Positions 1 through 12,000 of a DNA stretch of 64,000 nucleotides are shown here, in pieces. The notes below the pieces were generated by a model. The model was not told the origin of the DNA. It made no database searches and worked only from the letters and a program-made list of their open reading frames with translations. The DNA is taken from assembly GCA_964016885.1 (NCBI GenBank), contig OZ024741.1, positions 50,096,001-50,160,000 on the forward strand, given 5' to 3'. This stretch comes from Eledone cirrhosa (taxonomy: Eukaryota). Both the position numbers and the translations under genes were made by a program. Numbering within the stretch: position 1 is the stretch's first letter; every line of letters starts with the position of its first letter.

Positions 1-3000
1 TGGAGTTCACTCTGTCTTTAGTATAGTCCACTCTGTCTTTAGTATAGTCCACTCTGTCTTTAGTGGAGTCCACACTCTCTTTAGTGTAGTCCACTCTGTC
101 TTTAGTGGAGTTCACTCTGTCTTTAGTATAGTCCACTCTGTCTTTAGTGTAGTCCACTCTGTCTTTAGTGGGGTCCACTCTGTCTTTAGTGGAGTCCACT
201 CTGTCTTTAGTGGAGTCCACTCTGTCTTTAGTGGAGTCCACTCTGTCTTTAGTGGGGTCCACTCTCTCTTTAGTGTAGTCCACTCTGTCTTTAGTGGAGT
301 CCATTCTGTCTTTAGTGTAGTCCATTCTGTCTTTAGTGGAGTCCATTCTGTCTTTAGTGGAGTCCATTCTGTCTTTAGTGGAGTCCACTCTGTCTTTAGT
401 GTAGTCCATTCTGTCTTTAGTGTAGTCCATTCTGTCTTTAGTGTAGTCCACTCTGTCTTTAGTGAAGTCCACTCTGTCTTTAGTGGAGTCCACTCTGTCT
501 TTAGTGGAGTCCACTCTGTCTTTAGTGGAGTCCACTCTGTCTTTAGTGGAGTCCACTCTGTCTTTAGTGTAGTCCACTCTGTCTTTAGTGGAGTCCATTC
601 TGTCTTTAGTGTAGTCCATTCTGTCTTTAGTGTAGTCCATTCTGTCTTTAGTGGAGTCCACTCTGTCTTTAGTGGAGTCCACTCTGTCTTTAGTGTAGTC
701 CATTCTGTCTTTAGTGTAGTCCATTCTGTCTTTAGTGTAGTCCATTCTGTCTTTAGTGTAGTCCATTCTGTCTTTAGTGTAGTCCACTCTGTCTTTAGTG
801 AAGTCCACTCTGTCTTTAGTGGAGTCCACTCTCTCTTTAGTGGAGTTCACTCTCTCTTTAGTGGAGTTCACTCTGTCTTTAGTGGAGTCCACTCTCTCTT
901 TAGTGGAGTTCACTCTGTCTTTAGTGGAGTCCACTCTGTCTTTAGTGGAGTCCACTCTGTCTTTAGTGGAGTCCACTCTGTCTTTAGTGGAGTCCACTCT
1001 CTCTTTAGTGGAGTTCACTCTGTCTTTAGTATAGTCCACTCTCTCTTTAGTATAGTCCACTCTGTCTTTAGTGGAGTCCACACTCTCTTTAGTGTAGTCC
1101 ACTCTGTCTTTAGTGGAGTTCACTCTCTTTAGTGGAGTCCACTCTGTCTTTAGTGGAGTCCACTCTGTCTTTAGTGTAGTCCACTCTCTCTTTAGTATAG
1201 TCCACTCTGTCTTTAGTGGAGTCCACTCTCACTTTAGTGGAGTCCACTCTCTCTTTAGTGTAGTCCACTCTCTCTTTAGTGGGGTCCACTCTCTCTTTAG
1301 TGTAGTCCACTCTCTCTTTAGTGGGGTCCACTCTCTCTTTAGTGGGGTCCACTCTCTCTTTAGTGGGGTCCACTCTCTCTTTAGTGTAGTCCACTCTGTC
1401 TTTAGTGGAGTTCACTCTGTCTTTAGTGGGGTCCACTCTGTCTTTAGTGTAGTCCACTCTCTCTTTAGTGTAGTCCACTCTGTCTTTAGTGGGGTCCACT
1501 CTGTCTTTAGTGGAGTCCACTCTGTCTTTAGTGGAGTCCACTCTGTCTTTAGTGGAGTCCACTCTCTCTTTAGTGTAGTCCACTCTCTCTTTAGTGGGGT
1601 CCACTCTGTCTTTAGTAGAGTCCACTCTGTCTTTAGTGGAGTCCACTCTGTCTTTAGTGGAGTCCACTCTGTCTTTAGTATAGTCCACTCTGTCTTTAGT
1701 GGAGTCCACTCTGTCTTTAGTGGGGTCCACTCTGTCTTTAGTGGAGTCCACTCTCTCTTTAGTGTAGTCCACTCTGTCTTTAGTGGAGTCCACTCTGTCT
1801 TTAGTGGAGTCCACTCTGTCTTTAGTGGAGTCCACTCTATTTTTAGTGTAGTCCACTCTGTCTTTAGTGTAGTCCACTCTGTCTTTAGTGGAGTCCACTC
1901 TGTCTTTAGTATAGTCCACTCTGTCTTTAGTGTAGTCCACTCTGTCTTTAGTGGAGTCCACTCTGTCTTTAGTGTAGTCCACTCTGTCTTTAGTGTAGTC
2001 CACTCTGTCTTTAGTGTAGTCCACTCTGTCTTTAGTGGAGTCCACTCTGTCTTTAGTATAGTCCACTCTGTCTTTAGTGGAGTCCACTCTGTCTTTAGTG
2101 GAGTCCACTCTGTCTTTAGTGGAGTCCACTCTGTCTTTAGTGGAGTCCACTCTATTTTTAGTGTAGTCCACTCTGTCTTTAGTGTAGTCCACTCTGTCTT
2201 TAGTGGAGTCCACTCTGTCTTTAGTATAGTCCACTCTGTCTTTAGTGGAGTCCACTCTGTCTTTAGTGGAGTCCACTCTGTCTTTAGTGTAGTCCACTCT
2301 GTCTTTAGTGGAGTCCACTCTGTCTTTAGTATAGTCCACTCTGTCTTTAGTGTAGTCCACTCTGTCTTTAGTGGAGTCCACTCTGTCTTTAGTGTAGTCC
2401 ACTCTGTCTTTAGTGTAGTCCACTCTATCTTTAGTGGAGTTCACTCTGTCTTTAGTGGGGTCCACTCTGTCTTTAGTGGAGTCCACTCTGTCTTTAGTGG
2501 AGTCCACTCTGTCTTTAGTGTAGTCCACTCTGTCTTTAGTGGGGTCCACTCTCTCTTTAGTGTAGTCCACTCTGTCTTTAGTGGAGTCCATTCTGTCTTT
2601 AGTGGAGTCCATTCTGTCTTTAGTGTAGTCCACTCTGTCTTTAGTGGAGTCCACTCTGTCTTTAGTGGAGTCCACTCTGTCTTTAGTGGAGTCCACTCTC
2701 TCTTTAGTGTAGTCCACTCTGTCTTTAGTGGAGTCCATTCTGTCTTTAGTGTAGTCCATTCTGTCTTTAGTGGAGTTTACTCTGTCTTTAGTGGGGTCCA
2801 CTCTGTCTTTAGTGGAGTCCACTCTGTCTTTAGTGGAGTCCACTCTGTCTTTAGTGGAGTCCACTCTGTCTTTAGTGGAGTCCACTCTGTCTTTAGTGGA
2901 GTCCACTCTGTCTTTAGTGGAGTCCACTCTGTCTTTAGTGTAGTCCACTCTGTCTTTAGTGTAGTCCACTCTGTCTTTAGTGGAGTCCACTCTGTCTTTA

Positions 3001-6000
3001 GTGGGGTCCACTCTGTCTTTAGTATAGTCCACTCTGTCTTTAGTGGAGTCCACTCTGTCTTTAGTATAGTCCACTCTGTCTTTAGTGGAGTCCACTCTGT
3101 CTTTAGTGGAGTCCACTCTGTCTTTAGTGGAGTCCACTCTGTCTTTAGTGGAGTCCACTCTGTCTTTAGTATAGTCCACTGTCTTTAGTGGAGTCCACTC
3201 TGTCTTTAGTGGAGTCCACTCTGTCTTTAGTGGAGTCCACTCTGTCTTTAGTGTAGTCCACTCTGTCTTTAGTGTAGTCCACTCTGTCTTTAGTGGGGTC
3301 CACTCTCTCTTTAGTGGAGTCCACTCTGTCTTTAGTGGAGTCCATTCTGTCTTTAGTGGAGTCCATTCTGTCTTTAGTGTAGTCCATTCTGTCTTTAGTG
3401 GAGTCCACTCTGTCTTTAGTGGAGTCCACTCTGTCTTTAGTGGAGTTCACTCTGTCTTTAGTGTAGTCCACTCTGTCTTTAGTGTAGTCCACTCTGTCTT
3501 TAGTGGGGTCCACTCTCTCTTTAGTGTAGTCCACTCTGTCTTTAGTGGAGTCCATTCTGTCTTTAGTGTAGTCCATTCTGTCTTTAGTGTAGTCCACTCT
3601 GTCTTTAGTGAAGTCCACTCTGTCTTTAGTGAAGTCCACTCTGTCTTTAGTGAAGTCCACTCTCTCTTTAGTGGAGTTCACTCTCTCTTTAGTGGAGTTC
3701 ACTCTCTCTTTAGTGGAGTTCACTCTGTCTTTAGTGGAGTCCACTCTGTCTTTAGTATAGTCCACTCTGTCTTTAGTGGAGTCCACTCTGTCTTTAGTGG
3801 AGTCCACTCTCTCTTTAGTGGGGTCCACTCTGTCTTTAGTGTAGTTCACTCTGTCTTTAGTGGAGTCCACTCTGTCTTTAGTGGAGTCCACTCTCTCTTT
3901 AGTGGAGTCCACTCTGTCTTTAGTGTAGTCCACTCTCTCTTTAGTGGGGTCCACTCTCTCTTTAGAGGGGTTCTCTCTCTCTTTAGTGTAGTCCACTCTG
4001 TCTTTAGTGGAGTTCACTCTGTCTTTAGTGGGGTCCACTCTCTCTTTAGTGTAGTCAACTCTGTCTTTAGTGGAGTCCACTCTGTCTTTAGTGGAGTCCA
4101 CTCTGTCTTTAGTGTAGTCCACTCTCTCTTTAGTGGAGTCCACTCTGTCTTTAGTAGAGTCCACTCTGTCTTTAGTGGAGTCCACTCTGTCTTTAGTGGA
4201 GTCCACTCTGTCTTTAGTAGAGTCCACTCTCTCTTTAGTATAGTCCACTCTCTCTTTAGTGGAGTCCACTCTGTCTTTAGTGGGGTCCACTCTGTCTTTA
4301 GTGGAGTCCACTCTGTCTTTAGTAGAGTCCACTCTCTCTTTAGTGTAGTCCACTCTCTCTATAGTATAGTCCACTCTGTCTTTAGTGGAGTCCACTCTGT
4401 CTTTAGTGGAGTCCACTCTGTCTTTAGTGGAGTCCACTCTGTCTTTAGTATAGTCCACTCTGTCTTTAGTGGAGTCCACTCTGTCTTTAGTGGGGTCCAC
4501 TCTGTCTTTAGTAGAGTCCACTCTGTCTTTAGTGGAGTCCACTCTCTCTTTAGTGGGGTCCACTCTGTCTTTAGTGGAGTCCACTCTATTTTTAGTGTAG
4601 TCCACTCTGTCTTTAGTGGAGTCCACTCTGTCTTTAGTATAGTCCACTCTGTCTTTAGTATAGTCCACTCTGTCTTTAGTGGAGTCCACTCTGTCTTTAG
4701 TGGAGTCCACTCTATTTTTAGTGTAGTCCACTCTGTCTTTAGTGGAGTCCACTCTGTCTTTAGTGTAGTCCACTCTGTCTTTAGTGGAGTCCACTCTGTC
4801 TTTAGTATAGTCCACTCTGTCTTTAGTGGAGTCCACTCTGTCTTTAGTGGAGTCCACTCTCTTTAGTGGAGTCCACTCTGTCTTTAGTGGAGTCCACTCT
4901 ATTTTTAGTGTAGTCCACTCTGTCTTTAGTGTAGTCCACTCTGTCTTTAGTGGAGTCCACTCTGTCTTTAGTATAGTCCACTCTGTCTTTAGTGTAGTCC
5001 ACTCTGTCTTTAGTGGAGTCCACTCTGTCTTTAGTGTAGTCCACTCTGTCTTTAGTGGAGTCCACTCTGTCTTTAGTATAGTCCACTCTGTCTTTAGTGT
5101 AGTCCACTCTGTCTTTAGTGGAGTCCACTCTGTCTTTAGTGTAGTCCACTCTGTCTTTAGTGTAGTCCACTCTATCTTTAGTGGAGTTCACTCTGTCTTT
5201 AGTGGGGTCCACTCTGTCTTTAGTGGAGTCCACTCTGTCTTTAGTGTAGTCCACTCTGTCTTTAGTGGGGTCCACTCTCTCTTTAGTGTAGTCCACTCTG
5301 TCTTTAGTGGAGTCCATTCTGTCTTTAGTGGAGTCCATTCTGTCTTTAGTGTAGTCCACTCTGTCTTTAGTGGAGTCCACTCTGTCTTTAGTGGAGTCCA
5401 CTCTGTCTTTAGTGGAGTCCACTCTCTCTTTAGTGTAGTCCACTCTGTCTTTAGTGGAGTCCATTCTGTCTTTAGTGTAGTCCATTCTGTCTTTAGTGGA
5501 GTTTACTCTGTCTTTAGTATAGTCCACTCTGTCTTTAGTGGAGTCCACTCTGTCTTTAGTGTAGTCCACTCTCTCTTTAGTGGGGTCCACTCTCTCTTTA
5601 GTGGGGTTCTCTCTCTCTTTAGTGTAGTCCACTCTGTCTTTAGTGGAGTTCACTCTGTCTTTAGTGGGGTCCACTCTCTCTTTAGTGTAGTCAACTCTGT
5701 CTTTAGTGGAGTCCACTCTGTCTTTAGTGGAGTCCACTCTGTCTTTAGTGTAGTCCACTCTCTCTTTAGTGGAGTCCACTCTGTCTTTAGTAGAGTCCAC
5801 TCTGTCTTTAGTGGAGTCCACTCTGTCTTTAGTGGAGTCCACTCTGTCTTTAGTAGAGTCCACTCTCTCTTTAGTATAGTCCACTCTCTCTTTAGTGGGA
5901 GTCCACTCTGTCTTTAGTGGGGTCCACTCTGTCTTTAGTGGAGTCCACTCTGTCTTTAGTAGAGTCCACTCTGTCTTTAGTAGAGTCCACTCTCTCTATA

Positions 6001-9000
6001 GTATAGTCCACTCTGTCTTTAGTGGAGTCCACTCTGTCTTTAGTGGAGTCCACTCTGTCTTTAGTGTAGTCCACTCTCTCTTTAGTGGAGTCCACTCTGT
6101 CTTTAGTGGAGTCCACTCTGTCTTTAGTAGAGTCCACTCTGTCTTTAGTGGAGTCCACTCTGTCTTTAGTGGAGTCCACTCTGTCTTTAGTAGAGTCCAC
6201 TCTCTCTTTAGTATAGTCCACTCTCTCTTTAGTGTAGTCCACTCTGTCTTTAGTGGGGTCCACTCTGTCTTTAGTGGGGTCCACTCTGTCTTTAGTGGAG
6301 TCCACTCTGTCTTTAGTGGAGTCCACTCTATTTTTAGTGTAGTCCACTCTATTTTTAGTGTAGTCCACTCTGTCTTTAGTATAGTCCACTCTCTCTTTAG
6401 TGTAGTCCACTCTGTCTTTAGTGGAGTCCACTCTGTCTTTAGTGGAGTCCATTCTGTCTTTAGTGGAGTCCATTCTGTCTTTAGTGGAGTCCATTCTGTC
6501 TTTAGTGGAGTCCATTCTGTCTTTAGTGTAGTCCACTCTGTCTTTAGTGGAGTTCACTCTTTCTTTAGTGTAGTCCATTCTGTCTTTAGTGGAGTCCATT
6601 CTGTCTTTAGTGTAGTCCACTCTGTCTTTAGTGGAGTCCATTCTGTCTTTAGTGGAGTCCACTCTCTCTTTAGTGGAGTTCACTCTCTCTTTAGTGGAGT
6701 TCACTCTCTCTTTAGTGGAGTCCACTCTCTCTTTAGTGGAGTCCACTCTGTCTTTAGTGGAGTCCACTCTCTCTTTAGTGGAGTTCACTCTCTCTTTAGT
6801 GGAGTTCACTCTCTCTTTAGTGGAGTCCACTCTCTCTTTAGTGGAGTTCACTCTCTCTTTAGTAGAGTCCACTCTCTCTTTAGTGGAGTCCACTCTCTCT
6901 TTAGTGGAGTCCACTCTGTCTTTAGTGGAGTCCACTCTCTCTTTAGTGGAGTTCACTCTGTCTTTAGTATAGTCCATTCTCTCTTTAGTGGAGTCCACTC
7001 TGTCTTTAGTGGAGTCCACTCTCTCTTTAGTGGAGTTCACTCTGTCTTTAGTGGAGTCCACTCTGTCTTTAGTGGGGTCCACTCTGTCTTTAGTGGAGTC
7101 CACTCTGTCTTTAGTATAGTCCACTCTCTCTTTAGTGTAGTCCACTCTGTCTTTAGTGGAGTCCACTCTGTCTTTAGTATAGTCCACTCTCTCTTTAGTG
7201 TAGTCCACTCTGTCTTTAGTGGGGTTCACTCTGTCTTTAGTGTAGTCCACTCTGTCTTTAGTGTAGTTCACTCTGTCTTTAGTGTAGTCCACTCTGTCTT
7301 TAGTGGAGTTCACTCTGTCTTTAGTAGAGTCCACTCTGTCTTTAGTAGAGTTCACTCTGTCTTTAGTGGAGTTCACTCTGTCTTTAGTAGAGTCCACTCT
7401 GTCTTTAGTAGAGTTCACTCTGTCTTTAGTGGAGTTCACTCTGTCTTTAGTGGGGTTCACTCTGTCTTTAGTGTAGTCCACTCTGTCTTTAGTGTAGTTC
7501 ACTCTGTCTTTAGTGTAGTCCACTCTGTCTTTAGTGTAGTCCACTCTGTCTTTAGTGGAGTCCACTCTGTCTTTAGTGGAGTTCACTCTGTCTTTAGTAT
7601 AGTCCACTCTGTCTTTAGTGGGGTCCACTCTGTCCTTAGTGGAGTCCACTCTATTTTTAGTGTAGTCCACTCTGTCTTTAGTGGAGTCCACTCTGTCTTT
7701 AGTGGAGTCCACTCTGTCTTTAGTGGGATCCACTCTCTCTTTAGTGTAGTCCACTCTGTCTTTAGTGGAGTCCACTCTGTCTTTAGTGGAGTCCACTCTG
7801 TCTTTAGTGGAGTCCACTCTGTCTTTAGTGTAGTCCACTCTGTCTTTAGTGGAGTCCACTCTGTCTTTAGTATAGTCCACTCTGTCTTTAGTGGAGTCCA
7901 CTCTGTCTTTAGTGGAGTCCACTCTCTTTAGTGGAGTCCACTCTGTCTTTAGTGGAGTCCACTCTATTTTTAGTGTAGTCCACTCTGTCTTTAGTGTAGT
8001 CCACTCTGTCTTTAGTATAGTCCACTCTGTCTTTAGTGTAGTCCACTCTGTCTTTAGTGGAGTCCACTCTGTCTTTAGTGTAGTCCACTCTGTCTTTAGT
8101 GGAGTCCACTCTGTCTTTAGTATAGTCCACTCTGTCTTTAGTGTAGTCCACTCTGTCTTTAGTGGAGTCCACTCTGTCTTTAGTGTAGTCCACTCTGTCT
8201 TTAGTGTAGTCCACTCTATCTTTAGTGGAGTTCACTCTGTCTTTAGTGGGGTCCACTCTGTCTTTAGTGGAGTCCACTCTGTCTTTAGTGTAGTCCACTC
8301 TGTCTTTAGTGGGGTCCACTCTCTCTTTAGTGTAGTCCACTCTGTCTTTAGTGGAGTCCATTCTGTCTTTAGTGGAGTCCATTCTGTCTTTAGTGTAGTC
8401 CACTCTGTCTTTAGTGGAGTCCACTCTGTCTTTAGTGGAGTCCACTCTGTCTTTAGTGGAGTCCACTCTCTCTTTAGTGTAGTCCACTCTGTCTTTAGTG
8501 GAGTCCATTCTGTCTTTAGTGTAGTCCATTCTGTCTTTAGTGGAGTTTACTCTGTCTTTAGTATAGTCCACTCTGTCTTTAGTGGAGTCCACTCTGTCTT
8601 TAGTGTAGTCCACTCTCTCTTTAGTGGGGTCCACTCTCTCTTTAGTGGGGTTCTCTCTCTCTTTAGTGTAGTCCACTCTGTCTTTAGTGGAGTTCACTCT
8701 GTCTTTAGTGGGGTCCACTCTCTCTTTAGTGTAGTCAACTCTGTCTTTAGTGGAGTCCACTCTGTCTTTAGTGGAGTCCACTCTGTCTTTAGTGTAGTCC
8801 ACTCTCTCTTTAGTGGAGTCCACTCTGTCTTTAGTAGAGTCCACTCTGTCTTTAGTGGAGTCCACTCTGTCTTTAGTGGAGTCCACTCTGTCTTTAGTAG
8901 AGTCCACTCTCTCTTTAGTATAGTCCACTCTCTCTTTAGTGGGAGTCCACTCTGTCTTTAGTGGGGTCCACTCTGTCTTTAGTGGAGTCCACTCTGTCTT

Positions 9001-12000
9001 TAGTAGAGTCCACTCTGTCTTTAGTAGAGTCCACTCTCTCTATAGTATAGTCCACTCTGTCTTTAGTGGAGTCCACTCTGTCTTTAGTGGAGTCCACTCT
9101 GTCTTTAGTGTAGTCCACTCTCTCTTTAGTGGAGTCCACTCTGTCTTTAGTGGAGTCCACTCTGTCTTTAGTAGAGTCCACTCTGTCTTTAGTGGAGTCC
9201 ACTCTGTCTTTAGTGGAGTCCACTCTGTCTTTAGTAGAGTCCACTCTCTCTTTAGTATAGTCCACTCTCTCTTTAGTGTAGTCCACTCTGTCTTTAGTGG
9301 GGTCCACTCTGTCTTTAGTGGGGTCCACTCTGTCTTTAGTGGAGTCCACTCTATTTTTAGTGTAGTCCACTCTATTTTTAGTGTAGTCCACTCTGTCTTT
9401 AGTATAGTCCACTCTCTCTTTAGTGTAGTCCACTCTGTCTTTAGTGGAGTCCACTCTGTCTTTAGTGGAGTCCATTCTGTCTTTAGTGGAGTCCATTCTG
9501 TCTTTAGTGGAGTCCATTCTGTCTTTAGTGGAGTCCATTCTGTCTTTAGTGTAGTCCACTCTGTCTTTAGTGGAGTTCACTCTTTCTTTAGTGTAGTCCA
9601 TTCTGTCTTTAGTGGAGTCCATTCTGTCTTTAGTGTAGTCCACTCTGTCTTTAGTGGAGTCCATTCTGTCTTTAGTGGAGTCCACTCTCTCTTTAGTGGA
9701 GTTCACTCTCTCTTTAGTGGAGTTCACTCTCTCTTTAGTGGAGTCCACTCTCTCTTTAGTGGAGTCCACTCTGTCTTTAGTGGAGTCCACTCTCTCTTTA
9801 GTGGAGTTCACTCTCTCTTTAGTGGAGTTCACTCTCTCTTTAGTGGAGTCCACTCTCTCTTTAGTGGAGTTCACTCTCTCTTTAGTAGAGTCCACTCTCT
9901 CTTTAGTGGAGTCCACTCTCTCTTTAGTGGAGTCCACTCTGTCTTTAGTGGAGTCCACTCTCTCTTTAGTGGAGTTCACTCTGTCTTTAGTATAGTCCAT
10001 TCTCTCTTTAGTGGAGTCCACTCTGTCTTTAGTGGAGTCCACTCTCTCTTTAGTGGAGTTCACTCTGTCTTTAGTGGAGTCCACTCTGTCTTTAGTGGGG
10101 TCCACTCTGTCTTTAGTGGAGTCCACTCTGTCTTTAGTATAGTCCACTCTCTCTTTAGTGTAGTCCACTCTGTCTTTAGTGGAGTCCACTCTGTCTTTAG
10201 TATAGTCCACTCTCTCTTTAGTGTAGTCCACTCTGTCTTTAGTGGGGTTCACTCTGTCTTTAGTGTAGTCCACTCTGTCTTTAGTGTAGTTCACTCTGTC
10301 TTTAGTGTAGTCCACTCTGTCTTTAGTGGAGTTCACTCTGTCTTTAGTAGAGTCCACTCTGTCTTTAGTAGAGTTCACTCTGTCTTTAGTGGAGTTCACT
10401 CTGTCTTTAGTAGAGTCCACTCTGTCTTTAGTAGAGTTCACTCTGTCTTTAGTGGAGTTCACTCTGTCTTTAGTGGGGTTCACTCTGTCTTTAGTGTAGT
10501 CCACTCTGTCTTTAGTGTAGTTCACTCTGTCTTTAGTGTAGTCCACTCTGTCTTTAGTGTAGTCCACTCTGTCTTTAGTGGAGTCCACTCTGTCTTTAGT
10601 GGAGTTCACTCTGTCTTTAGTATAGTCCACTCTGTCTTTAGTGGGGTCCACTCTGTCCTTAGTGGAGTCCACTCTATTTTTAGTGTAGTCCACTCTGTCT
10701 TTAGTGGAGTCCACTCTGTCTTTAGTGGAGTCCACTCTGTCTTTAGTGGGATCCACTCTCTCTTTAGTGTAGTCCACTCTGTCTTTAGTGGAGTCCACTC
10801 TGTCTTTAGTGGAGTCCACTCTGTCTTTAGTGGGGTCCACTCTGTCTTTAGTGGGGTCCACTCTGCCTTTAGTATAGTCCACTCTCTCTTTAGTGTAGTC
10901 CACTCTGTCTTTAGTGGAGTCCCCTCTGTCTTTAGTGGGGTCCACTCTATTTTTAGTGTAGTCCACTCTGTCTTTAGTGGAGTCCACTCTGTCTTTAGTG
11001 GAGTCCACTCTGTCTTTAGTATAGTCCACTCTCTCTTTAGTGTAGTCCACTCTCTCTTTAGTGGAGTCCACTCTGTCTTTAGTATAGTCCACTCTCTCTT
11101 TAGTGGAGTCCACTCTGTCTTTAGTGTAGTCCACTCTGTCTTTAGTGGAGTCCACTCTGTCTTTAGTGGAGTCCACTCTGTCTTTAGTATAGTCCACTCT
11201 GTCTTTAGTGTAGTCCACTCTGTCTTTAGTGGAGTTCACTCTGTCTTTAGTGGAGTTCACTCTGTCTTTAGTGGAGTCCACTCTGTCTTTAGTGGAGTCC
11301 ACTCTGTTTTTAGTGGAGTCCACTCTGTCTTTAGTGGGGTCCACTCTCTCTTTAGTGTAGTCCACTCTGTCTTTAGTGGAGTCCATTCTGTCTTTAGTGG
11401 AGTCCATTCTGTCTTTAGTGGAGTCCACTCTGTCTTTAGTGTAGTTCACTCTCTCTTTAGTGGAGTTCACTCTGTCTTTAGTGGGGTCCACTCTGTCTTT
11501 AGTGTAGTCCATTCTGTCTTTAGTGTAGTTCATTCTGTCTTTAGTGGAGTCCACTCTCTTTAGTGTAGTTCACTCTCTCTTTAGTGGAGTTCACTCTGTC
11601 TTTAGTGGGGTCCACTCTGTCTTTAGTGTAGTCCATTCTGTCTTTAGTGTAGTTCACTCTGTCTTTAGTGTAGTTCACTGTCTTTAGTGTAGTCCACTCT
11701 GTCTTTAGTGTAGTCCACTCTGTCTTTAGTGTAGTCCACTCTGTCTTTAGTGGAGTCCACTCTGTCTTTAGTAGAGTCCATTCTGTCTTTAGTGGGGTCC
11801 ACTCTGTCTTTAGTGGAGTCCACTCTGTCTTTAGTAGAGTCCACTCTGTTTTTAGTGTAGTCCACTCTGTCTTTAGTGGAGTCCACTCTGTCTTTAGTGG
11901 AGTCCACTCTGTCTTTAGTGGAGTCCACTCTGTCTTTAGTGGAGTCCACTCTGTCTTTAGTGTAGTCCACTCTGTCTTTAGTGGGGTCCACTCTGTCTTT

